Positions 33,344-42,474 of a stretch of DNA of 64,000 bases are shown here, one piece after another (position 1 is the first letter of the stretch; each line of letters begins with the position of its first letter). The stretch spans positions 128,001 through 192,000 of the forward strand of contig OY970399.1 of assembly GCA_963720545.1 (NCBI GenBank). The letters are read 5' to 3'. This stretch comes from an uncultured Acidobacteriota bacterium. GTDB taxonomy: Bacteria > Acidobacteriota > Vicinamibacteria > Fen-336. Made by a program: the position numbers and the translations under genes. Below the pieces are notes generated by a model, which did not search any database, had not been told where the DNA came from, and saw nothing but the letters and a program-made list of their open reading frames with translations.

Positions 33344-34332
33344 AGATTGCGCTGACCGGTGCCACCGGCTACGCCGGCGGGCATCTTCTGGCGGCGTTCC
33401 TGCGCCGCGGCGACGAGGTTGCAGCGCTCGTCCGGCCTGCGGCGCTCGAAGGCGGATGGAAGGCGCCCGATGCGCGCGTGCCGGTGCGCGTGGTCGCGGG
33501 CGACCTGCTCGATGCGGCGGCAATCGGCGAGCTGGTTGCCGGCGCCGAAGCCGTCGTGCACGTCGCTGCCGTCTACCGCACCGCGGGACATCCCGATTCG
33601 TATTACCGCGAGATCAACGTCGCGGGCACCGAGATGCTGTTCGACGCCGCGGCGCGCGAAGGCGTCGGGCGCTTCGTCCACACATCGACGGTTGGCGTGC
33701 ACGGTGACATCGACAAACCACCTGCCGACGAGACGGCGCCGCTGCGCCCGGGCGACATCTACCAGCTCACCAAGGCGGAAGCGGAGCAGGTGGTGCTGCG
33801 CGCGGGCGGGCACCGCGGTGTGCCGGTCGTCGTGGTTCGACCGGGCGCCATCTACGGTCCGGGTGAACGCCGCCTGCTGAAGCTCTTTCGCGCGATCGCC
33901 CGGCGGCGGTACGCGGTCGTAGGCAGCGGCAAGCCGTTCTACCACCCGGTCTTCATCGACGACCTGGTGGACGGCTATGTACTGGCGCTGGCTCGGCCCG
34001 AGGCGGTGGGCGAGGCCTTCATCGTCGCGGGCCCTGCCTACGCGAGCCAGGATGAGCTCGCGGCGATGATCGCGCGCCACACCGGTGGCTCGGTACTGCC
34101 CTTCCACGTGCCGGCCTGGCCGCTGCAGGCCGCGGGTGCCGTGGTCGAAGCCATGTGCGTGCCGCTCGGTCTCGAACCGCCGATCCACCGGCGCCGCGTC
34201 GAGTTCTGGGTGAAAAGTCGCGCGTTCTCGATCGCCAAGGCGCGGCGCCTGCTTGGCTACGCGCCGCAGGTCGGCCTCGACGAAGGCATCCGCAGGACCG
34301 CAGAGTCTTACCGCGCGGCGGGTTGGTTGTGA
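33340..34332 (+). CDS. NAD-dependent epimerase/dehydratase (extended SDR)
   Basis: TGATGYAG, HVAA, HTST, YQLTK (YxxxK), RPGAIYGP. Confidence 0.88.
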   Translation: MKIALTGATGYAGGHLLAAFLRRGDEVAALVRPAALEGGWKAPDARVPVRVVAGDLLDAAAIGELVAGAEAVVHVAAVYRTAGHPDSYYREINVAGTEMLFDAAAREGVGRFVHTSTVGVHGDIDKPPADETAPLRPGDIYQLTKAEAEQVVLRAGGHRGVPVVVVRPGAIYGPGERRLLKLFRAIARRRYAVVGSGKPFYHPVFIDDLVDGYVLALARPEAVGEAFIVAGPAYASQDELAAMIARHTGGSVLPFHVPAWPLQAAGAVVEAMCVPLGLEPPIHRRRVEFWVKSRAFSIAKARRLLGYAPQVGLDEGIRRTAESYRAAGWL

Positions 34333-36224
34333 CGAGTGCCTGGCCGGCACGCATCGCGTGGCTGCTGGCGGCCGCGCTCACGGCCGCCGGCCTCGCCGTG
34401 AATTTACCCGCGGCCACCGGTAAGCGCTTCTTCGGCGACAGTGCGACCTACTACGCGATGGGCTGGAGCCTCGCCGACGACGCCGACCTGCGGTTCCTGC
34501 CGCAGGATCTCGCGCGCGTGCAGCGCGAGTATCCCGAAGGGCCGCAGGGCATCTTCCTGAAGCGCGCGGGCGGCGGCTTCACGTTTGATACGGCGGCGGG
34601 TTTTCCGTGGGTCCGCAAGCTGAGCTGGCAGAACCCCGACGAGCGTCGTATTTATTACGCGAAGCCGATCACCTATCCGCTCGCGGTCTGGCCGTTCGTC
34701 AAGGCTTTCGGCACGCGCGGCTTCGTGCTCTTCAATGGGCTGTGCCTCGGCCTGGCCCTGGTCCTCGGGTTCCGCGAATTGCAGCACCGCGTGCATCCGT
34801 GGGCCGCACTCGCGTTTGCGGCGTGCCTGTACCTGCTGAGCGCGGCGCCGCTCTACCTCATCTGGACGACGCCCGAGGTCTTTTACCTGTTCCTCGCAAC
34901 CGCGGGGCTCGTCGCGTGGAGTCGTGGCCGGCCGTACCTCGCTGCGCTCCTCTTCGGCATCGCGATCTACTCGAAGCTGTCGAACCTGTGGCTGGCGCTA
35001 CCGCTTGGCCTCGAGCCACTGCGCCTGTGGCGCTTCCAGGGACCGGCAGGGGTCGTAAGAGAACTGCTGCGCCGCGGCGCGGTGCTGGCGCTGGCCACGG
35101 GCCTGCTGTTCGCGGCCAACCGCGCGATCACCGGTGAGTGGTACTACCAGGGCGGAGCGGAGCGCAAGACCTTCTACGGCACGTTCCCTTACGAGGGACG
35201 TACCACGTTCGGCAACAGCGGCATCTGGATGTCGGCGAACCAGCTGGGCGCGCGCGTGGCGGGCGAAGACGACGTGCCGGTGGACCAGGGCGCCGAACCA
35301 CCGCGCAGCGCCGCCGAGTACCGCCAGTCGTTCCTCTGGAACCTCGGCCACTTCTGGTGGGGGCGCTTTGCCGGCGTGCTCGGGTACTTCCCGGCGATGT
35401 TCGTTGCGGTCCTCGCTTATCTTCTCGGCCGCAACCGCGACGGGCGCGGCCTGCTCGCGCTGGCGGCGCTCGTCGTGTCCTGGCTCTTCTACATCGACCG
35501 CATCCCCGACAACTGGTACGGCGGCAGCGGCGCCGTGGGCAACCGCTACTTCCTCAACCTCCTGCCGCTCGCGCTCTACATGGTGCCGAGCGGCATGGTG
35601 CGCCTGACGACGGCTGGCGGAGCGCTGCTCGCCGGCCTCTTCCTCGTGCCGCTGCTTGCTCATCCTGTGCGCAGCGCCGTCAGCCCGGGCTGGTGGACGG
35701 CGCACGGGCTGTGGCGCCGCCTGCCCGCCGAGCTCGCGATGCTGAACGACCTTTCGATCTTCGCCGAGCCGTGGCGCAAGAAGGTGCCGTTCGGCAACAC
35801 CGAAGGCGACGTAAGGCGCCACGCCCCTGCCGATCCAACGGCTTACTATCTCTACTTCAGCGACGACGGCACGTTCTTCAAGGAGACCGCCTTCGAGCGC
35901 GAAGGCTTCTGGCTGAAGGGCGGCGAGCGCACCGAAATCATCCTGCGTGCGCTCGAACCGGTGACCGCGATCCACGCACGCGTCACCGCGGGACCGGCCG
36001 GCGACACGGTTTCCCTCGGCTCGGCCGCGGCATCTGCCAAAACCGAACTGCGGCCCAATGCCGCGGGCGAACTGCGCATCGCACCCGGCGCGCCGTTCGT
36101 CTACAAGGACAGCTTCGTCTACGTGTTGAAGGCCGCGTCCGCGCGCGGCGCCGGCACCGCGAAAGACCCGCGCAGCCTGGGCACCTTCGTCAGCATCGAG
36201 CTCGAGACCGCGCCGCGGCGCTGA
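34329..36224 (+). CDS. Polytopic membrane protein, putative GT-C-fold glycosyltransferase
   Basis: TM1 followed by GDSATYY acidic loop, many TM helices, WYGG..GNRYF motif, soluble C-terminal domain; sits inside the glycan cluster. Confidence 0.55.
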   Translation: MTSAWPARIAWLLAAALTAAGLAVNLPAATGKRFFGDSATYYAMGWSLADDADLRFLPQDLARVQREYPEGPQGIFLKRAGGGFTFDTAAGFPWVRKLSWQNPDERRIYYAKPITYPLAVWPFVKAFGTRGFVLFNGLCLGLALVLGFRELQHRVHPWAALAFAACLYLLSAAPLYLIWTTPEVFYLFLATAGLVAWSRGRPYLAALLFGIAIYSKLSNLWLALPLGLEPLRLWRFQGPAGVVRELLRRGAVLALATGLLFAANRAITGEWYYQGGAERKTFYGTFPYEGRTTFGNSGIWMSANQLGARVAGEDDVPVDQGAEPPRSAAEYRQSFLWNLGHFWWGRFAGVLGYFPAMFVAVLAYLLGRNRDGRGLLALAALVVSWLFYIDRIPDNWYGGSGAVGNRYFLNLLPLALYMVPSGMVRLTTAGGALLAGLFLVPLLAHPVRSAVSPGWWTAHGLWRRLPAELAMLNDLSIFAEPWRKKVPFGNTEGDVRRHAPADPTAYYLYFSDDGTFFKETAFEREGFWLKGGERTEIILRALEPVTAIHARVTAGPAGDTVSLGSAAASAKTELRPNAAGELRIAPGAPFVYKDSFVYVLKAASARGAGTAKDPRSLGTFVSIELETAPRR

Positions 36225-37310
36225 TCAGCGCGGCTTTGCCGAAGCCGTGGCCGAAGCCTCCGCGTATGCGGCAGCGATCCCCGGACCCGAGACGTAGTTG
36301 TCGAATGCAAAGCCCCAGCCGTGCGAATCGCCGGCGATCGCCTTGCGGAACTCCGCGAGGTCAACGCTCTTGCGCGCCTGCTCCAGCGTCTCGCCGCGCG
36401 CGACGGCGGCGGCGACCTGGTCGCGAATCGAATCGAGCAGCCGCAGCACCAGGCGCGGATAGGCGTCGTCGCCATTCCGCCACACCGGCCCGTGGCCGGG
36501 AACGATGATGTCCGGCTTCAGCTCGAGCGCCTTGCGCAGCGTGGTCGCGAAGTCGGCCGGGTGCGAGGTGGAGCCGACGAGCGGCACCGGCCACGACACC
36601 AGGTCGCCGACGAGCAGGATCCTCTCTTTCGGCAGGTGCACCACGAGGTCGGTGCCTGTGTGGCCGCGCCCGAGGTAGAGGACCTCGATGGTGCGCGCTC
36701 CGTGCTGCAGCACCAGCTTGTCGTCGAGCGTGAGCGTGGGCGTGATCACCGGCGTTGCCGCCCACTCGGTCGCGGCCTTGTCGGCGAGAACGGCATCGCT
36801 CAGATAGGAGAGGCGCTCCTGCTCGCTGAGCGGCGAGCCGTCGAGCGTCTTCTTCTCTTCGACCAGTGTGCGCAGGTGCTTCGCGAACCCGCCGGCGTTC
36901 TTGATGTAGCCCGCGCGGTTCTCGGCACCGGTCGACAACATCTCCTCGGCGGTGCGCGTCTGGCCGACGAACACGACACCGGGGAAGGCCTCGCGATAGA
37001 CGGCGTTGCCGGTGTGGTGATCGTCGTGCCAATGCGTGTTCACCACGTGGGTCACCGTCTTGTTCGTGACCTTGCGCATCGCCGCGATCACTTCGCGCGC
37101 CGATGAAGGCGCCACGTTCGTGTCCACCACCACGACACCGGCATCGTCCACGATCCAGATGCTGTTCGAGTCGAAGGCAAGTCCGGGCGGCTCGGTCCGC
37201 AGCGCCGCATAGACGCCGTCCGCAATCTTCTCGACCTTGAAGGACGGCGCCGGCGACGGTGTCGCCGCCACCGCCGCAACGCCAAGTGCCAGTAAGTGAT
37301 TCAATAACAT
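36225..37310 (-). CDS. Secreted MBL-fold metallo-hydrolase
   Basis: Signal peptide, VVDT, NTHWHDDH, GHT, VGDL, VPGHG. Confidence 0.85.
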   Translation of the reverse strand: MLLNHLLALGVAAVAATPSPAPSFKVEKIADGVYAALRTEPPGLAFDSNSIWIVDDAGVVVVDTNVAPSSAREVIAAMRKVTNKTVTHVVNTHWHDDHHTGNAVYREAFPGVVFVGQTRTAEEMLSTGAENRAGYIKNAGGFAKHLRTLVEEKKTLDGSPLSEQERLSYLSDAVLADKAATEWAATPVITPTLTLDDKLVLQHGARTIEVLYLGRGHTGTDLVVHLPKERILLVGDLVSWPVPLVGSTSHPADFATTLRKALELKPDIIVPGHGPVWRNGDDAYPRLVLRLLDSIRDQVAAAVARGETLEQARKSVDLAEFRKAIAGDSHGWGFAFDNYVSGPGIAAAYAEASATASAKPR

Positions 37311-37353
37311 GTACTTACGCTCTCCAGGAAGAGCTTAGCGCACGACCGCCCGA

Positions 37354-37370
37354 GGCGAGCGAAGCTCGCC
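37354..37370. repeat. REP-like inverted repeat / hairpin
   Basis: GGCGAGC-GAA-GCTCGCC in the intergenic gap. Confidence 0.45.
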
Positions 37371-37402
37371 GAGTCCCCGGGAGGCTCGTTAGTCCAGCGC
37401 GA

Positions 37403-38452
37403 TTACCGCCTTCCAAATCTCCTGGTCCATTTGCGGCGGAGGATCGTGGTGAGTGAGCGGCGGCCCTTGCCGGGGAGCAGCTCGACGTAGTCCTCGCCGA
37501 TGCGGGCGATGCGGCGCGGGTCGCCGCCGGGGCGGGTGATGGCGGTGCCCGGGACCTTGCCGCAGAACGCCGTTTCGTAGCCGGCTTCGATCGCGAGCGC
37601 TTCGGCAGTGGGGCCCGACAGGTGCCACGGGTAGCAGAGGTGGCGCACGGGGCGGCCGGTGTGCTGCTCGATCGTCGACTTCGATTCGACCAGTTCGCGG
37701 CGGATCGCGGCCCGGCGTTCGTCGTCGGTCTCGAACCGGCCGGGCAGCGTTGCGCCGACTGCGGCGCCGGCACGAGCGGCTTCTTCCTCGATGAAGCGGG
37801 GGGCTTCGCCGAGGCGCGGCGCCGACTCGAGGAGCGGTGTGCCGGCGGGCACGTCCGCGGCCAGCAGGTCGCGGCCGGCGACGCGAATGAGGGGCACGTC
37901 CATGGCGTCGTAGCCAAGCTGCATTGCGGGCTGCAGCGTCGCGACCACGCGGCCGCTCGTGTGGATGCGGGCATGGGTGAGCGAATGGCTCTCGATGTCG
38001 AACAGGCCGGACTCGACGAGCGTCGCGACGTCGTTCCAGGCGAGAAAGCCGTCGATGCGGTTGGTGCCGCGCGCATCCGATTGCGGGGTCCGGCCGGGCA
38101 CCAGGAACACGATGCCCTTCAGCCCGAACCGTTTCATGATCGGCAGGCCGTCGGTGAGCACGCTGCGCCGGCCGTCGTCGAAGGTGAGGACCACGGCTTT
38201 GGGAGGAGCGGGCTCGCCGCCGGCGATGATCGCCAGGTATTCGGCCGCCGACAACGCCTGGTAACCGTTCGCGGCCAGGTATTCGGCCTTCCGGCCGAAG
38301 TCCTCGGGCGCGATGCTGTGGAACACGAACACCGGGATGTCGCCCTGCGGCAGCGGACCGCCGGTGACGAACGGCGGGTAGCGGCGCAACAGCAGGTCGC
38401 GCGGCACCTCGAGGGCGGCTCCCAGGCGTCCGGGTTCGCCGAATTCGGTCAT
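37403..38452 (-). CDS. Polysaccharide deacetylase (CE4/NodB-like)
   Basis: FHSI, LTFDDG, ESHSLTH, LCYPW; start ATG 38452 overlaps the GT4 stop. Confidence 0.85.
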   Translation of the reverse strand: MTEFGEPGRLGAALEVPRDLLLRRYPPFVTGGPLPQGDIPVFVFHSIAPEDFGRKAEYLAANGYQALSAAEYLAIIAGGEPAPPKAVVLTFDDGRRSVLTDGLPIMKRFGLKGIVFLVPGRTPQSDARGTNRIDGFLAWNDVATLVESGLFDIESHSLTHARIHTSGRVVATLQPAMQLGYDAMDVPLIRVAGRDLLAADVPAGTPLLESAPRLGEAPRFIEEEAARAGAAVGATLPGRFETDDERRAAIRRELVESKSTIEQHTGRPVRHLCYPWHLSGPTAEALAIEAGYETAFCGKVPGTAITRPGGDPRRIARIGEDYVELLPGKGRRSLTTILRRKWTRRFGRR

Positions 38453-39591
38453 GCGCTCCGTTCCGACGCGGCGAGCGCAAGGGCTTCGTCGTAGATCGTC
38501 TCCAGCTGGCGCACGCACTCGTCCACGTCGTAGCGCGCCGACTCGCGGCTCGCGGCTTCGGCGAGATCGTCAGCCAGCACGCTGTCGCCGAGCACGCGGT
38601 GGATGGCGGCGGCGAGGCGCACCGGATCGGACGGAGGCACCAGCAGCGCGGTGCGCCCGTCCTCCAGGATCTCGCCGCAACCGTCCACATCGGTGGAGAC
38701 GATCGTCTTGCCCGAAGCCATGGCTTCGAAGAGCGCCAGCGGCGTGCCCTCGTAGAGCGATGCGATCGCGAGCACGTCGATCGCGGCCAGCGCCGTCGCC
38801 ACGTCCGGTTCATGGCCTGCGAACACGACGGCGTTCGAGATGGCGAGCCGCGCGGCCATGTCGTGCATCTCGTCCATCAGTTCGCCGTCGCCAACCACCA
38901 GGAAGCGGACTTCGGGCCGCTCCTTGTTGACGAGCGCCGCCGCCTCCAGGAAGTAGCGGTGGCCTTTCTGCTCGCTCAGCCTGCCGACGATGCCGACGAC
39001 CGGCGCCGCGTCGGAGATGCGGTGGCGCTGGCGGTATTCGCCGCGCGCCTGTGCGCCGCGCGGCGCGAATTCGGCGAGCGGCGCGCCGTTCCAGACGACG
39101 CGGACCCGTTCCCGCGGCACGCTGCGTTCGTCCACGAGGAAGTCGGCGGTGGAGCCGCTGACGGCCACCGCGCGGTGCGTGTAGGAACGAAGCACGCGGT
39201 CCGCGAGCCGCTGGTAGGGCGGCATGCGCGGATCGGCGAAGTGCTCGTGCAGGACCAGCGCGGCGCCGATGCGACGCGCCACGACCCGCCCGTAGTCGGC
39301 GGCGGCATAACCGTGGACGTGCAGCACCTTTGCTTCGCGCTCTCGCGCCAGCTTGGTGAGGTCGCCGAGAAGCCGCGGATCGAAGGGGCTGCGGCCGAGG
39401 TGCGTCACCGGGATGCCGGCGCCCTTCAGCAACTGCGAAGCGGCTTCCGGCTGCTTCAGGCCGCACAGGCTCACGGCAAAGCGTTCGGAGAAGCGGGGAA
39501 ACCACCACGAGAAGAGCCGCGACACGCCGTGGATGCTCGAGCCGCCGACGCCGAACTTGTCGCACACGTGCAGCACCGCCGTCCGGCTCAC
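38449..39591 (-). CDS. GT4 glycosyltransferase
   Basis: VWNG, GRLSEQKG, SLYEGTPLALFEAMASG; GTG start 39591. Confidence 0.88.
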   Translation of the reverse strand: MSRTAVLHVCDKFGVGGSSIHGVSRLFSWWFPRFSERFAVSLCGLKQPEAASQLLKGAGIPVTHLGRSPFDPRLLGDLTKLAREREAKVLHVHGYAAADYGRVVARRIGAALVLHEHFADPRMPPYQRLADRVLRSYTHRAVAVSGSTADFLVDERSVPRERVRVVWNGAPLAEFAPRGAQARGEYRQRHRISDAAPVVGIVGRLSEQKGHRYFLEAAALVNKERPEVRFLVVGDGELMDEMHDMAARLAISNAVVFAGHEPDVATALAAIDVLAIASLYEGTPLALFEAMASGKTIVSTDVDGCGEILEDGRTALLVPPSDPVRLAAAIHRVLGDSVLADDLAEAASRESARYDVDECVRQLETIYDEALALAASERSA

Positions 39592-40541
39592 TGTGCGCGC
39601 TGCTCCTCGTTGCGGCCCGCCCAGACGATGGCGCCGGAAAGCGAAAGCAGGACGATGAGCCCCGCGCCGACCAGGCTGAACGCGAGCGCGCTGTCGCGCG
39701 GCAGTCCGACCTGCGCGAAGTAAACGATGTAGAGCCCTTCGCGCACGCCCCAGCCGTTGAACGAGATCGGCAGCGCCTGAACCAGGATGCAGAGCGGCAC
39801 CATCAGGAAGCAGGCGGCAAGGCTCAGCGGAATGCGCAGCCCGTGCGCCACCAGGTAGTAGTAGCAGACGAGCAACCCCTGCAGCGCCAGGCTGCCGGCG
39901 AACGCGAGCCAGACGACGCCGACCCGGCGGCGATAGACGTGCACCGCGGCCTGTACGACCTCGAAACGCTCGCGGGCGAACTTCCAGAGGCTGAGGCGCG
40001 AGAGCTCCATCAAGCGGCGCGCGATTCCCGGCATGAAGAACACGAGTGCCAGGCCCGCGAACACGGCACCGAGGCCGAACACCACGACCCGCGCGCCCGC
40101 CAGGTGGCGCACCAGCGGCCCGCCGGTGATGTAGGCGCACGCGGCGAGCGCATAGAGCGCGGCGAAGCCCAGGATGCGGTCGATGCCGACGACCGCGAGC
40201 GACGTCGTCGCCGAGCCGGTGAGCCGGGCGCTGTCGCGCACCCGGATCAGGTCGCCGCCGATGTTGCTCGGCAGGAAGTTGTTGAAGAAGGTCGCAACCA
40301 GGTACGACGCCGAGAGCGGGCCGAACGCCGCCGCGAAACCCTGGGCGCGCAGCAGCAGGTGCCACCGCCACATGCAGATGAGCAGCATCAGCATGTACAG
40401 GACCACGGCGCCGGCGAGCAGCAGGGGATCGCCGTTGCGGATGCGGTTGAAGAGCGCCGGCAGGTCGGCGGTGGTCAGCAAGTACGCGAGGAGCGCGAGG
40501 CTGATCGCGATCTTGGCCGCCAGGAATAGGTTCTTGCTCAA
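39588..40541 (-). CDS. LPG-synthase TM / UPF0104 flippase-like membrane protein
   Basis: RWHLLL, FFNNFLPSNIGGDLIR, DRILG, LPISFNGWGVRE. Confidence 0.82.
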   Translation of the reverse strand: MSKNLFLAAKIAISLALLAYLLTTADLPALFNRIRNGDPLLLAGAVVLYMLMLLICMWRWHLLLRAQGFAAAFGPLSASYLVATFFNNFLPSNIGGDLIRVRDSARLTGSATTSLAVVGIDRILGFAALYALAACAYITGGPLVRHLAGARVVVFGLGAVFAGLALVFFMPGIARRLMELSRLSLWKFARERFEVVQAAVHVYRRRVGVVWLAFAGSLALQGLLVCYYYLVAHGLRIPLSLAACFLMVPLCILVQALPISFNGWGVREGLYIVYFAQVGLPRDSALAFSLVGAGLIVLLSLSGAIVWAGRNEEQRAQ

Positions 40542-40616
40542 GCAGGGGTTCGCCCCGGTTACCGGGTCAACTTGGAGGGCATGCTACAGTACCGGCAAGT
40601 TGACGGCAAAGTCCTG

Positions 40617-41378
40617 ATGACAACAGACTTGAGCGGCGAAACGGGCATCCAGGAAGCGCACCGGTCGGCCTCACGTTCGGCCGCCTCCCGCTACCGCGAC
40701 CTGGTCGTCGGACGGCCCGGCGTCGGCGCCCTGGTCCTCTACGAACTCGTCGTCCTTCTGACCTCCGGGGTTCCGGGCGCCCTCGGCCTGCTCCTTCGCA
40801 AGTTCTCCTACCCGCTCATCCTCGGCCGCGTTGGCCGCAACGTCGCCTTCGGCAGGGGCGTGACGCTCCGCCATCCGCACAAGATCCGTCTCGGCGACAA
40901 CGTGGTGGTGGACGACAACGTGCTGCTCGACGCCAAGGGGGAGAGCAACGAGGGCATCGCCATCGGCGACTCGGTGTTCCTCGGCCGCAACACCATCCTC
41001 TCGTGCAAGAACGGCGACATCGTCCTCGGCGACCACGTGAACCTCGGCTTCAACTGCGAGATCTTCTCCGGTTCGAAGGTGGTCGTGGGCCCGTACGGCC
41101 TGTTCGCCGCTTACTCTTATCTGGTGGGCGGCGGCCACGAGTTCTCTGCCGCGGCGACGCCGGTCATCGAGCAGCAGCGCGTCTCTTCGGGCATCACCCT
41201 CGGCCGCAACGTCTGGCTCGGCACCGGCAGCAAGGTGCTGGACGGTGTTTCGATCGGCGACGACGTCGTGATCGGCGCCAACGCCGTGGTGAACGAGGAC
41301 CTGCCGGCGGGTGTAGTGGCAGCGGGCATTCCCGCGCGCGTGCTGCGCCAGCGCACCCCGGTGCCAAGCGGCGAATGA
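40617..41378 (+). CDS. Hexapeptide-repeat (LbH) acyltransferase
   Basis: Repeated [LIV]Gxxx hexapeptides, GGH, VWLG, IGANAVV..DLP..VAAGIPA. Confidence 0.85.
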   Translation: MTTDLSGETGIQEAHRSASRSAASRYRDLVVGRPGVGALVLYELVVLLTSGVPGALGLLLRKFSYPLILGRVGRNVAFGRGVTLRHPHKIRLGDNVVVDDNVLLDAKGESNEGIAIGDSVFLGRNTILSCKNGDIVLGDHVNLGFNCEIFSGSKVVVGPYGLFAAYSYLVGGGHEFSAAATPVIEQQRVSSGITLGRNVWLGTGSKVLDGVSIGDDVVIGANAVVNEDLPAGVVAAGIPARVLRQRTPVPSGE

Positions 41379-42421
41379 GCCGCCCGCAGCGCGTCCTGGT
41401 CGTCACTTCCGGGGCGCTCTTCGTGCACGGCGGCCACATGGTGATCGCCGAGGAGACGGTGGCGGCGCTGCGCCGCGAAGGCTTCACGGCCGAGGTGTTC
41501 GTGACGCCGCAAAACCGCTTCGGAAGGCAGCTCAGCGCCTACGCCGCCACCTGGCTCACCGACGTGGGCGAGACCGCCGACGGCAAGCCGGTGGACCAGG
41601 TGATCTCGTTCCGCTTCCCGTCCTACGCGGTGCGCCATCCGCACCACGTCTGCTGGCTCAATCACCGCATGCGCGAGTACTACGACTTGTGGGAGCGCTT
41701 CACCCGCGGGCTCGGGCGCAAGGGCCGCCTCAAGGAAGGCGTCCGCCGCCAGGTGTTCCACGCGCTCGACCGGCGCCTGCTGACGCGCCGCGGCTTTCGA
41801 CTCGTGGCCCAGTCGCAGACGATCAAGGCGCGCCTGCAACGGTTCGGCGGCATCGGCGCGAGCGTTCTCTACCCGCCGGCGCCGGAGCGGCCGTACCGCA
41901 CCGACGGCTACGGCGACTACGTGTTCGCGGTGTCGCGCCTGCACCCGTTGAAGCGCCTCGACCTGCTCGTGGAGGCGGCGGCGCTCATGCGCAACGACCG
42001 GCTGGCGGTGAAGATCGCGGGCGAAGGCGAGGCGGCCGATGCCCTGCACGCGCGGGTTCGCGAGCTCGGCCTCGAGGGCCGCGTGCAGCTGCTGGGCCAC
42101 GTGGACGATGCCGCGCTGGTCGCGCATTACGCGGCCTGCCGCGGCGTCTTCTTCGCGCCGTGGAACGAAGACTACGGCTTCGTGACCCTCGAGGCGTTCC
42201 GCTCGGGCAAGGCCGTCATCACCGCGCACGACAGCGGCGGACCGGCGGAGCTGGTGCGCGACGGCGAGAACGGCCTGGTGGCGGAGCCGACGGCTGTGGC
42301 CATCGCCGCGCAGCTCGATGCGCTCGCCGATGCCGGCCGTGCCGAGGCGCTGGGCCAGGCTGCCTTGCGCGACGCGGCCGCGCACACCTGGCCGCGGGCA
42401 ATCGCCGAACTGACTCGCTAG
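41375..42421 (+). CDS. GT4 glycosyltransferase
   Basis: SRLHPLKR, PWNEDYGFVTLEAF..GK, GGPAE. Confidence 0.88.
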   Translation: MSRPQRVLVVTSGALFVHGGHMVIAEETVAALRREGFTAEVFVTPQNRFGRQLSAYAATWLTDVGETADGKPVDQVISFRFPSYAVRHPHHVCWLNHRMREYYDLWERFTRGLGRKGRLKEGVRRQVFHALDRRLLTRRGFRLVAQSQTIKARLQRFGGIGASVLYPPAPERPYRTDGYGDYVFAVSRLHPLKRLDLLVEAAALMRNDRLAVKIAGEGEAADALHARVRELGLEGRVQLLGHVDDAALVAHYAACRGVFFAPWNEDYGFVTLEAFRSGKAVITAHDSGGPAELVRDGENGLVAEPTAVAIAAQLDALADAGRAEALGQAALRDAAAHTWPRAIAELTR

Positions 42422-42474
42422 GCGCAGCCCTGTTTCCCTGAAGCCCGCCGTGTCGCTCACTGGGTGCGAGGGGT

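Noticed and set aside
36225..37310. MBL protein as a metallo-beta-lactamase resistance gene
   Set aside because: HxHxDH plus a GD bridging Asp is generic to the MBL superfamily; no B1 Cys ligand seen and no mobile context
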